Assembly: GCF_006345805.1 (NCBI RefSeq) | Contig: NC_043009.1 | Coordinates: 56,234,001 to 56,298,000 of the forward strand | Direction of reading: 5' to 3' | Origin: Octopus sinensis | Lineage: Eukaryota | Length of the DNA: 64,000 nt | In this document: positions 24,254 through 35,047 of the stretch, piece by piece | Layout: each line of letters begins with the position of its first letter | How positions within the stretch are numbered: the first letter of the stretch is position 1 | Translations under genes and position numbers: made by a program | Notes under the pieces: model-generated | Database searches by the model: none | Told to the model about the DNA's origin: nothing | The model's input: the letters and a program-made list of their open reading frames with translations, nothing else

Positions 24254-26344
24254 CAGCAATGGAAGCAGCCTTAGTAACAAATATTGTTTTGCACATCCAA
24301 GTTAAGCTGCAGCAATCATCCTAAGAAATCATCTTATATAGACTATAGACATTAAGTGCTAAAAAGGCACAGATTATATTGGCAGATGAAATTTTTTTCA
24401 GCACCAGTGAATGGGACTGTTGTATCGTGTGGTTTTAGCACAATTTACACTTCATCATCAACATGATTTCTTAGGATGATAACTGAAGCCTTCAAAGAAA
24501 CACATTTGGATGCACCAGTATGTATGTATGTGTGTGTGTGTATGTATGTTCATCTGTATTTGTAGTACTGTAGTAATTCTATATGAATTCTTGCGTCTTT
24601 CTATTGCAGATGGTCTTATGGAGTTTTTATTTGGGAATTATTTTGTCTTGGTAAGTTCCTCTCTTTACTCATTATTTTAGCTTTTGAACAGAGAAGGAGT
24701 GCTACAAAAAACAATACCTTAATACTCCTGTAGCTTATGCAATCTGAGCTTCTTTAGATTCATAAATCAACTTCAATAAAGCTGATGAGGTCTAAACAAG
24801 ACCCAAAAAAGGAGTGGTTCTTGTTTTTGGGTGATGGTAGGCCTTAATTCATCACTCAGTTTAACATTGCCCTCTGGCTCTTGTATGCTTTTAGCAAAAT
24901 CCACATGTTGCCAGCACTTCAGTGTGGACTTCAACCTGAAGCTAACTTTCTTGCACTAGCATTTTGTCAACATTCTAATTATTTTGCCAATATGACTGCT
25001 TTACTTGTTTCAGTCATTTGACTGTGGCCATGCTGGAGCACTGCCTTTAGTCAAGCAAATCAACCCCAGGACTTATTCTTTGTAAGCCTAATACTTATTC
25101 TATTAGTCTCTTTTGCCTAACTGCTAAGTTATGTCAACCTAAACACACCAGCATCAGTTGTCAAGCGATGTTGGGGGAACAAACCTTTCAGTTTCCGTCT
25201 ACCAAATCCACTCACAAGGCTTTGGTCGGCCCAAGGCTATAGTAGAAGACACTTGCCCGAGGTGCCACGCAGTGGGTCTGAACCCAGAACCATGTGGTTG
25301 GTAAGCAAGCTACTTACCACATAGCCACTCCTGCGCCTTATTATTATTTTTTTTATTCATTTTCCCTATGCTTTTGAGGTACAAGGCCAACAATTTTGAG
25401 AGAACAGGGTTAGTTGATACTGTTAATCAACCCCAGTACTTGATTGGTACTTTATTTTATCAACCTGGAAAGGTTGAAAGGTAAAGTAGACCTCATCAAG
25501 ATTTGAACTCTAAGCATAAAGAGTTGAAATACTGCAAAATATTTCTTCCAACACTCTACCACTTCTGTTAACTTGCCACCATACATATCATCGTCGTCCT
25601 CATCATTTGACATTCACATTTCCATGCTTGCATGAGTTAGACAGTTTGATAGGATCCTTGGATTGTACTCCGGTCTCGGTTTTGGCATGGTTTTTATAGC
25701 TGGATGCCCTTTCTAATGCCAACTACTTCTTAGCTTGTACTAAGTGCTTTTTTTTTCATACCAATAACACGAGTGAGGATAGCATTCTGCTTGTAAGACT
25801 GCATATAATTCTTTTGATACCAAAAAAAATTTTACTTTACGTTTGATTGATCTTTGCAATCTTTGTCTTCCTTCAAAAGGTGGCAATCCATACCCCAGCG
25901 TCAAAATAAATGAGAAATTCATTGATTTACTGAAATCTGGATACAGAATGGATAAACCTCAGTATGCAACTGATGAGATGTAAGAAGTGTTTTGTTTGTT
26001 TTTATGTTTTTTTGTTATATTTTTTATATCCTTGAAATGAAAGTGTCAGATTAAATGTCAATGAATGGCGGATTAAATATGGTATGGCAGTTGAGTGTGT
26101 TTGTGATTGTGTGAGAATGCTAATATTTTGTTTGTCATCATTTGAGTGAAATAGTGATATTTACATTACAACCTGTTGCTCTTTACTTTCAAAGACCTGT
26201 AGAGTAAAAAAAAAATCCTTTACTTGAGAAAACAGGCAACAGTTGGTGACTGGAAAGCATCCATAAATAAAATCTTTCCTCAAAACTATTCCCATTCAAG
26301 CTATACTAGCATGGAAAAGCATACATTTAACAAATGACCAAAAG

Positions 26345-26383
<39 letters not shown>

Positions 26384-26531
26384 AAGTATTCATGGAGGCG
26401 ACAGGTTCAAAGGAATATTGTCAAGCCATTTAGAATAACAACCTCATAGCAAGAAGTCTGAGACTCAAGATGTTTAATCCATAAATGTGTTTCTAGCAAA
26501 ATATTTCATGTTGAACTCATAGCAACAGATT

Positions 26532-26598
<67 letters not shown>

Positions 26599-28251
26599 TG
26601 AATAAATGGAGTTGAATGCAGATGCTATTCAAATTCTTTTACTTTTGACATATGTTTCGAAGACAACATTGGCTTTATTCCAAAGGAATAAATGGTGTAA
26701 AATAATGTAATCTTCTCATCAGGAAAGAAAGAGAACCTATCTCAACAACAAGACATTATAACAATTTTGAAGACTGCATAAATGATAAACAGAACGCTAT
26801 TAAGTATTTTAAAAAAACCGTTAGTAGATCCAATGTCAAAGGTTGACCCAAGGGAGAGAAGGGATAAAGAAATAATAAAGAAGGATATATTGGTTGAAAA
26901 AATGTTCAAAAGCTTGGAATTAGATTGATGATGATGATGGTGGTTGTCTTGTTTTAATTTACAGATACAAAGTTATGTGTGATTGTTGGAAGGTTGAACC
27001 AGGACAAAGACCTACATTTTCTCGACTTGCAGATACAATGGGCAGTTTTCTAGAAGCTGGAGTCAAGCAAGTATGTTTGCATTTCAACCACTTATAATTT
27101 GTCATATTCTAGCTACTGTAATACTTATTTGTGATACTAACCAAGCTACAACTGCATTTCTTATGAAGTAGAAAAACTATTTAATTGATTTATTTAATTA
27201 CTATATTTGCCTGATAAATACCAATTCTAAAATAGGTATTCCATTTTTGTGCTTGGTTCTCTTACCCATAACATTGTATGTAATTAGTTAGAACGATGAC
27301 TGCACAGTTACCTTCCTTCTGTACACATACCTCATTTTACACTTTCCACACTTCAGGTACAGATCTAATCTCAAATCAGTGTATATCATTTCTATCACAT
27401 TGTTTATATAAATAAGCAAACATTAAATAAAACAATGATAGTAGTGGTTTATTCAATAATCAAGACAGCCAAATATCTTCATTTTATGTATACAATCTTT
27501 TAACGTTGCATGATATCATTATAGACATCTCAGGTCTAACTAAAGTGATATTTACAATAAAAATTATCACTAAAAAAACAATAAAACTCTCATAAATGAC
27601 CAACCAAATTATGGACCAAAAGCAAAATATAGATTTAAGATATTGATGATGATTGCTCTCTGTTTTCTTTTCTGTGACTCATTTATACATATATACATTT
27701 TTTTTTATTTTGCTTTTTCTTTTTCATAGTACTACTTAGATCTGAGCCAAACCTATGTGGACTTACCTACAGAAAATTGTCAAGATGGCTATCTGAAAAT
27801 GGATGGACTTGAGTATACAAAGATGTCTCCTCAAGTGCCTGATATCGATGCGGACACCCTGTCAAGCCACTCCAGCCAAGCAGCAGCTATGCAAGAATAC
27901 ATGAACCCACGTTGGGCTAATGAAGAAGCTGAAAAATATGAACTGGAAGCTATGCTCCTTTCCAATGGTTCTTGTCTGCAGCCACAGGATGCAAATTCTA
28001 AACACACTAAAGCCCAAGTACACCATCAGGAAGATAGTGACAGTGGTCATTCAAGTGCCTATGCTCCTGGAACATCTCCGAATATCAATAACGATGAATA
28101 TTTATTACCTCAGAGCATCGCATGTAAGAAAGCTGACGATTTGTTAACAGGTGACAATTTGGATTCCTTTGGTTCCCCATATCCTTATAATGATGTGGCA
28201 CCTCCAGACTACAGTGCTGTGATGGAAGATGTTGGAGAAAAAGCCTTATGA
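242..28251 (+). CDS. VEGFR: VEGF receptor-like receptor tyrosine kinase (VEGFR/Pvr family), 5'-partial, 20 exons in window
   Basis: Exons joined by hand: 242-407, 3052-3176, 5131-5340, 9059-9190, 10433-10625, 11621-11650, 13710-13834, 14550-14736, 15353-15456, 17759-17883, 18914-19046, 19820-19924, 20456-20575, 21151-21416, 22406-22528, 23363-23433, 24610-24650, 25880-25979, 26965-27070, 27730-28251. All are GT-AG with matching phases; total 2984 nt, open to TGA at 28249-28251. Four Ig domains, the first lacking cysteines like VEGFR D4. TM helix, juxtamembrane [27 protein letters not shown], kinase insert, [11 protein letters not shown]. Family assignment is by motif recognition. Confidence 0.93.
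723..1942 (+). mobile_element. Non-autonomous Helitron with nested piggyBac derivative
   Basis: A|TCtttatatataaaac start followed by (TG)n. 3' hairpin CCCG-A-GC-AAA-GC-CGGG (1915-1930) 8 nt before CTAG|T. AT target with no TSD, as expected for a Helitron. Confidence 0.7.
1036..1883 (-). mobile_element. piggyBac-type internally deleted DNA transposon
   Basis: TTAA (1032-1035) CCCTTTAGTGTTC ... GAACACTAAAGGG TTAA (1884-1887). Subterminal direct repeats ggccggtttgaac. Acidic ORF remnant at 1438-1671 (-). Confidence 0.8.
3052..3176 (+). CDS. VEGFR: VEGFR exon, Ig-like D4 second half
   Basis: tttaacag|..[30 protein letters not shown]|gtaagt; phase 2 in, phase 1 out. Confidence 0.88.
3289..3580. 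mobile_element. piggyBac-type MITE
   Basis: TTAA CCCCTTACCC ... GGGTAAGGGG TTAA. Confidence 0.75.
4056..4469 (+). mobile_element. SINE family A (tRNA-derived head, internal (TA)n/(TG)n)
   Basis: Head GGCGCAAGAGTGGCTGTGTGGTAAG..GGTTCAGTCC; tail ..gaaacaagtaaaagag. Near-identical copies elsewhere in the window. Confidence 0.85.
5131..5340 (+). CDS. VEGFR: VEGFR exon, Ig-like D5 first half
   Basis: ctcttacag|..[27 protein letters not shown]..|gtgagt. Confidence 0.88.
6462..6968 (+). mobile_element. SINE family D (tRNA-derived head)
   Basis: GGAGGTGCAATGGCCCAGTGGTTAGGGCAG..GATTCCC head; inverted homolog at ~36565-36930. Confidence 0.75.
7248..7752 (+). mobile_element. Retroposon family C with modular tandem array and (GAT)n tail
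   Basis: Array units, then fixed 3' end gcacccactacactc..catggaaagcggacgttaaac(gat)n. Confidence 0.8.
9059..9190 (+). CDS. VEGFR: VEGFR exon, Ig-like D5 second half
   Basis: tattttag|..[33 protein letters not shown]|gtaagt. Confidence 0.88.
9756..10113 (+). mobile_element. SINE family A
   Basis: Same head, body and tail as 4056-4469. Confidence 0.8.
10433..10625 (+). CDS. VEGFR: VEGFR exon, Ig-like D6 first part
   Basis: tgtttcag|[28 protein letters not shown]|gtaagt. Confidence 0.88.
10806..11200 (+). mobile_element. SINE family A
   Basis: Full-length, close to consensus, (AAGAGT)n-like tail. Confidence 0.85.
11621..11650 (+). CDS. VEGFR: VEGFR 30-nt micro-exon within D6
   Basis: ttattgcag|A AAT GGA AAC CTC TCA GCA GAA TTA AAA GT|gtaagt. 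Good acceptor and consensus donor, phase 2/2, in frame with both neighbours ([11 protein letters not shown]). Confidence 0.65.
11757..12122 (+). mobile_element. Retroposon family C with three 63-bp units
   Basis: Units start at 11762, 11825 and 11888; same fixed 3' end and (GAT)n tail. Confidence 0.85.
12474..13456. mobile_element. TA-flanked TIR element (Tc1/mariner-pogo-like, non-autonomous)
   Basis: ta|ccataacaacccatgtaatttgcaca versus tgtgtaaattacatgggtttttatgg|ta: ~26-bp TIRs with TA on both sides. Confidence 0.6.
13710..13834 (+). CDS. VEGFR: VEGFR exon, Ig-like D6 last part
   Basis: ttttttcag|..[26 protein letters not shown]|gtaagt. Confidence 0.88.
14550..14736 (+). CDS. VEGFR: VEGFR exon, Ig-like D7 first half
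   Basis: tgtttcag|[27 protein letters not shown]..|gtaagt. Confidence 0.9.
14870..15125 (-). mobile_element. Retroposon family C
   Basis: (ATC)n followed by the reverse-complement 3' end. Confidence 0.75.
15353..15456 (+). CDS. VEGFR: VEGFR exon, Ig-like D7 second half
   Basis: ctgcccag|..[34 protein letters not shown]|gtaaat. Confidence 0.9.
16480..16702. mobile_element. piggyBac-type MITE (CCCTTTAG family)
   Basis: TTAA CCCTTTAGCATT ... AACACTAAAGGG TTAA; homologous copy at 40014-40233. Confidence 0.75.
16912..17126 (+). mobile_element. SINE family B with 10-bp TSD
   Basis: Starts TAAGGCGGCGAGCTGGCAGAA; TSD gatatatcaa at 16902-16911 and 17127-17136. Confidence 0.85.
17759..17883 (+). 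CDS. VEGFR: VEGFR exon, transmembrane helix
   Basis: ttttacag|[42 protein letters not shown]|gtaagt. Confidence 0.92.
18914..19046 (+). CDS. VEGFR: VEGFR exon, juxtamembrane
   Basis: ttatag|[26 protein letters not shown]|gtaag. Confidence 0.93.
19372..19532 (+). mobile_element. Retroposon family C, 3' end only
   Basis: 5'-truncated copy. Confidence 0.75.
19820..19924 (+). CDS. VEGFR: VEGFR exon, kinase G-loop and VAVK
   Basis: atttcag|[27 protein letters not shown]|gtaag. Confidence 0.95.
20456..20575 (+). CDS. VEGFR: VEGFR exon, kinase alphaC region
   Basis: ttttacag|[36 protein letters not shown]..|gtgagt. Confidence 0.95.
20695..21135. repeat. Long pyrimidine-rich low-complexity tract
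   Basis: About 440 nt strongly C/T-biased on the + strand, ending at a VEGFR acceptor. Confidence 0.7.
21151..21416 (+). CDS. VEGFR: VEGFR exon, hinge and kinase insert
   Basis: acttcag|[22 protein letters not shown]..insert..[16 protein letters not shown]|gtgagt. Confidence 0.95.
22406..22528 (+). CDS. VEGFR: VEGFR exon, catalytic and activation loop
   Basis: gataaaag|[36 protein letters not shown]|gtaagt. Confidence 0.95.
22589..23090. repeat. 40-bp minisatellite, ~12 degenerate copies
   Basis: Consensus ~agttacagaatgaccttatatggcagtagtgtcacatggt; first two units start at 22589 and 22629. Confidence 0.85.
23363..23433 (+). CDS. VEGFR: VEGFR exon, P+1 loop
   Basis: gttgcag|[23 protein letters not shown]|gtgagt. 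Confidence 0.95.
23502..24252. repeat. Long inverted repeat (arms ~23502-23732 and 24026-24252)
   Basis: cattcaccatgatagatcactagccactaaacg..aaattctcact is the reverse complement of agtgagaattt..cgtttagtggctagtgatctatcatggtgaatg. Confidence 0.9.
23766..24025 (+). mobile_element. Retroposon family C
   Basis: About 1.5 units plus 3' end, lying in the loop of a long inverted repeat. Confidence 0.8.
24610..24650 (+). CDS. VEGFR: VEGFR 41-nt exon, alphaF
   Basis: attgcag|[14 protein letters not shown]|gtaagt. Confidence 0.93.
25001..25337 (-). mobile_element. SINE family A
   Basis: Reverse-complement copy. Confidence 0.8.
25880..25979 (+). CDS. VEGFR: VEGFR exon, kinase C-lobe
   Basis: cttcaaaag|[33 protein letters not shown]|gtaag. 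Confidence 0.93.
26535..26586. repeat. (AT)n microsatellite
   Basis: Perfect dinucleotide run. Confidence 0.95.
26965..27070 (+). CDS. VEGFR: VEGFR exon, kinase end
   Basis: tttacag|[36 protein letters not shown]|gtatgt. Confidence 0.93.
27730..28251 (+). CDS. VEGFR: VEGFR last coding exon, C-terminal tail
   Basis: ttttcatag|[52 protein letters not shown]; matches the ORF-track 27757-28251 frame. Confidence 0.92.
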   Translation, partial: YYLDLSQTYVDLPTENCQDGYLKMDGLEYTKMSPQVPDIDADTLSSHSSQAAAMQEYMNPRWANEEAEKYELEAMLLSNGSCLQPQDANSKHTKAQVHHQEDSDSGHSSAYAPGTSPNINNDEYLLPQSIACKKADDLLTGDNLDSFGSPYPYNDVAPPDYSAVMEDVGEKAL

Positions 28252-31200
28252 AAGAGTTCATTTGTTTCTTTTAAATGAAATTAATGACAGACTAAAGCTG
28301 TTCCTATGCAGTTTCCTGCAAATCCCTGACAAGGTGTTTCTGGATTGGTTTTTTTTTTTCTTAGGTGTGTGTGCATGTTCTGGGAATATAAATAAATATA
28401 TTCTAGGATTATTTAATATCTCCAGAGATAGCAGATATGCAACATCAAATCTAAGAATCAAGCAGAAATGATGCTTGGTCAAGGAAAACTGAACAACGTA
28501 ATCAAAAAAACTAATTGCTCCACTGCAGTTACTTTTGTACATAAACTATACTGAAGTGCATAAACTATACATTTTTCTACAGAAATCAAATTCTTGATAG
28601 AAAAACCAGCTTTTTTTTTATGTATTAAAAACAAAAAAACATTCTCTTTCTTTTCACACTATTTTAAATATATTTTTATTATTATTCCATAATTGTTTAT
28701 ATTTTTAAATTCCATTCATCATCCTTCTGTTTTACTTTTTAAAAAACTGTAGTTCACACCAATCTTATATCATTTCATTTCATCTGGAGTTGGGGGGGTC
28801 ATAGTATTTAGGGTTGGCTAACATATCAAGGAAGAACTTAGTTAAGATTACTTGGAAATTTATTCCATGTTCTGAAATCTGTTTGGATTGTTTCTTTAAT
28901 AAAATGTTACAACACATTATGAGGATGAACTTGTACAGAAAGCATCTGTGGTTGTTTCTTTTAGCAATGGCTTATGAACAAACTGGGGTTTGCTATCATA
29001 TTTTTACATGTGTCTATATCTGTATGTGATGTGATCAGCAATTGCAAATATACTGTGGAAAGCCAGCTAGATATTATTTTTGAAGTTCCAATCATTCAAC
29101 TAAATTTTTTAACTTTTAAACTTTTGGACCTACGTTTTTTCTTTTTTTAGTTTACTTTTAGGTTGGAATTTGGTTAGTTTTTCTGCCAATGATGGCTTTT
29201 TACCTATTCTAAATTTTTTCAACACTTCATATAAAATATAAATTAAAATTTAGCATCTTCAAATTGCCCAAATTAAATATGTTGTTCTGTAGCAATTGGG
29301 TTTCATGCTAATCAAGGTATTTACATCAAATTCTTTGGCAGATATTTTAGCCGGTTGCTCCCTTTTTTTTAAACCAAAACTCTGACAAAGTCAGAATAAT
29401 ACTTTGATTTCCTCTCACTAAACTGATATAAGCAGAGGTGTGTATCTTGTCCAAGAACAGCTTACACCTACATTTTTGAGTTGTTAAATCACTGTAGAGT
29501 TCAGTAATATTTTCTTTTAAGACCATCAATGAATGAAAAAAAAAACTAAAATCCTTTTTAAAAAAATCAAACTCATGATGATGATGACGACGACCAAATT
29601 TAAAATCTAAAAGTAAAACATTTTGTCATGAAATTAATGACCATACTCATGTTCATTTATATTTGGTCAATCTAGAACCATTACTTGTTCACTATTAAAA
29701 GTCTGTTGCAGGAATCAATGAAAGAATAAAATCTTCTTCATGATATTCTACAAATACATGAATTCATTTTACCACACATGTAATGTAAAGCTTCAATGTA
29801 CATTACACCACTCAAATCAGTAGTTCTAAATTGCAACCATCTTTCATTCTCAGTGCCTTCATCAAACAAATTCTTCCATTATTTTCAGTAGCCAAACTGT
29901 GAGACCCTGTTACACTTGTTGCCAACACAGTATAATATTCATTTTATACTGGCATTACTCAACGATGTCATCAATTTTAACTAAATAATTTCCTTCTCTT
30001 ATACATACATGGCTGTATGATTAAGAAGTTTGTTTCACAACTGTGTGGTTTCAATTCCACTGCACGACATGTTTTCTAATCATAGCCTTTATTCAACCAA
30101 AACTTTTTGGGTAAAATTTCAGAGATGGACTGTTGCTGTTAGTGGTTGGTAGGTTTGATCCAAGACCAGTTTGACTTGAGACCAGTAGAGTCTGTTCTGT
30201 TGCAAGTATGTGGGCCAAGCCAGGTCTGTGGTCTGAAGATAACTCCCTCCTTTTCTCCTATCAGCCTTGGAGGCCCTAATAAAAGTGATGGATATTGCTC
30301 TTACTTCTGATGATTATAAAAAATACACAAAAGAAAATAATTGGTTTATATAACTTGACCAAAGAATGGATTTAGCATTATTTCATATCCTCTGTGTGTG
30401 TGTGTGTGTGTGTGAAAGAGAGAGAGAGAGAGATGCAGTGGTCAGTCGCCTTTGCACTATGTTATCTTACCATATGGCAACTGGAGGTGAACTCTTATTA
30501 AGTTGATATTATGAAATGGTTTCAGTTCTAGATTAGAACCATTTCAGTTTATGTTTACTGCTAATATATTTCAGAATATGATCAACATCACAAAATCCCC
30601 ATTTTCTGTAGACTTTAATCAGAAGAAATCAGTGTTTATTCATCTGCTCTGAAATTTTAGTTAAATAGTTAATAGTTGCAGATTTTTTTTTTTTTTTTGA
30701 GAAACAAATAAAATCTTCTGTTGTTAGTATATTTTTAACCAGTTTAAAATCTTGATTTATACAGCATATGATTATATTGTGCATCAGTCATAATTTCCTG
30801 TATTCAGTCACCAAAAGATTAGTTGCCACAATTTTCTTTTTTTTTTACCTTTTAACGTTTTTTCGAAATGAAATTTTTTTTTCGCAAGTTCTTTAAATGT
30901 TAAATATGTTGCTTCACATTTATCCTATATGCCATATGCAAAACTAACCAATTCAGTTACACAAAAAGCAAAATATGATAGGGATATACATATACAAATG
31001 CATAGCAAGGTTTGGTTAAGAAGTTTATAAATGGCACTTTAGGTAAGTGTCACCTGGTATGGCCTTGAGTTGAGCAATAGTTTGTAGGTGAAAATTGGTG
31101 GACAAAAATTGTACAGAAGTGTGTCTTGTACATTGATATATGTATAAACATATGTGTGTGTATATCAGCAAGAAATAACTGATAAATTGATTAACAAGAT

Positions 31201-34200
31201 GGAAATGTCTTGAGATGTACAGACAATTCCTTGTCATAGATGCAGTGAATCAATGATAGATCTGTTGGAAACCTCTAGCCAATGGCATGATATATATATA
31301 TATTTATAAAGAAAGAAAGAAAGCAAATTTTTAGTTTTTGTTGAAGAATTTTTTTGGTTTTTAAAATTGATTGTTCTTCCTACTAGCAAGAGCAAGTAAA
31401 ATTATGTACCTTGCTTATAGACAACACAATGGATGAAATGAGATTTGAACTCATGATCATCATCATCGTTCAACATCCATCTTTCCATGCATGCATGGGT
31501 GTGACAGTTGACAGGAGCTGGCCAGGTAGAAAACTACCCTGGGCTATTATGTTTGTTTTGGCAGGGTTTTTTATGACTGGATGCCCTTCCTAACATCAAC
31601 CACTCTACAGAGTGATCTCAGTGCTTTTTACGTGGTGCTAACACAGGCGAGGTTAGTTTTGGCATGATTTTTACAGCTGGATGCCCTTCCAAATGCCAAC
31701 CACTTTACAGTGTGGACGAGATGCTTTTTACATGGCACCAGCACTGGCAGGGTCACCAAGTAACTTGCAAGGTGAGGAATTTTGAGAGGGGCAGGGGCAT
31801 TTGAAGAGGGGAACATGTGTCAGAGGATGAAAGATTAGAGTGTGACAGAGAGGCAGAAACAGGTGTCTTGCTATAATCGGTTTTTGTTAATCTTCCTGGA
31901 CTTCATAGCCACTATGCCTCATATATAACCATATATAATCAAATGATTATATATGAACAGCCATACCTCATATACAATCATTCCCTACCCCTGCTACCTT
32001 TGTTTGTCATTGTTGCATCTACTGAAGTTATTCAGTAATCCTGAATAGTAAAAATGTTTATTTATTTATCACTAACAAACTCATGTATACCCAAAATCTT
32101 GTTCTGCCTGACTGAAAGAGAGAAATTAGTTTAATGATGATGATGATGCTGATGATTAAAATGATGTGATCTTACAGAATGTTACATATACTCTTTAACT
32201 TGTAAAACTCTTTACAGCTAATTCTAATCAGTTAACAAGGTGTGGGATCAAATAGATAGACATAAGTCATAGGAATATTTTAGTATTCGCAATTTTCTCT
32301 GAAATTCTCATTAACATTCCATTCTGCTGCTGACCACAGACTAGTCATTAACAACACATATTTTATGTGTGTTAACACACATATATCCATCCAACAAACA
32401 TCCTTGCACCCATGTATCCAATCTGTGTGTGAATGTGAGCTACATTTCTCATTGTAGATTAAAGTATGTGTATATACATATGCATTATGTATATATATGT
32501 ATGTATGCATTACGTGTGTGTATATATATGTATGTATGCATTATGTGTATATATATATATGTGTGTGTATGTGTATGTATGTATGCATTATGTCTATATA
32601 CATTTACACACATTCAAACACAAATTGTATATGACAGAAAGAAACAAACTTGTAAAGACACAACAAACTGAAAGTAACATCCAAATATTTACCTTCTTCC
32701 TTATATCTGCTCAATGTGGTCCCATTTAATATTCTAAAAAACAAGAAAATATAACTGAAATTTATTTACCTGTCCATGTCCACTCTTTTATTTGCACATG
32801 TAATACATATACCTACATCTTATTTAAAAGGAAGATTGTACTTCAGTGCTGTGCATTTTCTAATCCTGTGTCTATTGTTTAAATTATTACCTTAAACTTA
32901 GACATTAGCAGACACTATTCTTAGAGAAACTCAAAGGAAATATTCCAGTACATTAACATAAAATCAAAACCACCCACTCATCAGCTACATTAAAAAATGT
33001 TGTGAAGAATAATTAGCATTCATTTGTCTGTCATATCATATGATGAACATTGAACATACCTATACATTCTCGCATATAAATGTATGCAAAAACATGCATA
33101 GTCTAAAGAAAATTCTAGTCAAAAATTCATTGCATTTAAGAGTTTTGAAACATGTTTTTTTTTTTAATATAATTTTAAAAATTGAATGTATTTTATACAG
33201 TTTACCTCCTAACTGTCATCTTCACTCTGAAGGTCTTCATTTGTGGTCCAGTGAACATAAATGCTAAGCAATCTTGATTAAAATGTTCTGAAATGGTCAT
33301 TTGATAAAATGTTTGCTATTCACATTCTATCAGATATTACTTGCAGCCCTCCATCTTGAAATGATGTGCCTTATGTGAGCCCTGTATCCTTTATATTTAC
33401 ACTTTTACTCTAAATTCATTTATGTTCTCATCCACTGAATGTCAGAAAAAAAAATATAAATAAAGTTTTCAAAAAGAGAAAAATTTGTTGTTGTTGATTA
33501 TTATCTTACCCACAAGACTAAGAAGTAAACCTGTTTCAAATAAAACTTGAGTACTGAAATGGATTCTATTATCAAAGAACTTCTTCATGCACCACATCTT
33601 AAAAATGTGTTGTAGTGAAAATGGCACACCCCTTCCCACATGATAAAGTCAGTAGGAGATCAGTCGTAGAGTTGTTGTATGAATTCTCAGTTGGAGTCAG
33701 TGCCAGTTACATGATATACACAAGTTCCAGCCAACACCAGCCTCTCTGTGCCCCCACTTCTGCCTTCCCTTCCAAAAAAAGGTGTATCCACGTCCTACTT
33801 CCTCAAGCTGACCATCACCTTATATACAAGTCTCTGAGAGTGCAGCTATATGAATGTTATAGTGGTTCAGCTTGTTAGCAACAAGTGCAGTGCATCTTTC
33901 AGGCCTACAATCACTTTTTTTATCCAACAGAGTGCACACATTCCAACATGAAGTGTTTAAGTTTCATCCAGATTTTGTAAATAAAAGTTTGTTTGTTCTT
34001 CAAGCGCAGGATGGACATCCATCAATCGCACTAAGCTGACCAGATATAGAAAACCGGCAACTTTTGGTTCACCTTTTCTAGAACATCCCCGGCCTCCAGG
34101 TGAGCAGTGCCCTCTAAAATGGAGCTGCTCAGACACCCATGTGCATTTTTTTCCCTATATATATATATCTTATTTTTAGTATATATTTATATAATTTTAG

Positions 34201-34382
34201 TATATTTTTATTTTATTTTTTATTCGGAAGTCCTGTGGCAATGGGAAGGTGGTGAAGCATGCAGACCTGACGGGTTGGAAGCATGTAGTCAGCGACTTGC
34301 ACGTAGGTGGCCCATGCTAGATATAAAGACGTCTCCTTGTCACCCAAGACAGCAGTAGGATTCAGTTGCTGCATGGATATAT

Positions 34383-34790
34383 CATCATCATCGTTTAACG
34401 TCCGTTCTCCATGCTAGCATGGGTTGGACGGTTCGACCGGGGATCTGGGAAGCCAGAAGGCTGCACCAGGCGCCGGTCTTATCTGGCAATGTTTCTACAG
34501 CTGGATGCCCTTCCTAACGCCAACCACTCTGCGAGTGTAGTGGGTGCTTTTTACGTGTCACCTGCACTGGTGCCAGGCGAGGCTGGTATTGGCCACAGTT
34601 GGATTGGTGCATTTTACGTGCCACCTGCACGGAAGCCAGTCGAGGCGGCACTGGCTTCGGATGGTGCTTTTTATGTGCCACCAACACGGAAGCCAGTCGA
34701 GGCGACGCTGGCATCGGCCACGGGCCACGATTCGGATAGTGCTTTTTACGTATCTCCAGTCCAGGGGTCCTGGCATCTGCCGGGTGCCAG
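34383..34790 (-). mobile_element. Retroposon family C
   Basis: Reverse-complement copy with several array units. Confidence 0.8.
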
Positions 34791-35047
34791 TCATAGGATT
34801 GGTTCAATTTCGATTCCGATTTCACTTGCCCCATATTTTAGTATATATATATATATATATATATCATCATCATACACAGGCATACATACATTTAAATGAG
34901 GGGTTTCCATACAGTTTCTCAATAGCAAATTTCACCCACAAAACATTAGCCAGCCCAGAAATATAGAAGATACTTGCTCAAGGCACCATGTAGTGCCTCA
35001 AGCAAGTATCATCAAATTTCAAGTTTATTCCCACGAGTGAATTGTCG

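Noticed and set aside
34411-34966. Overlapping 100-160 aa ORFs on both strands
   Set aside because: All derive from the GC-rich family C array, which is stop-poor.
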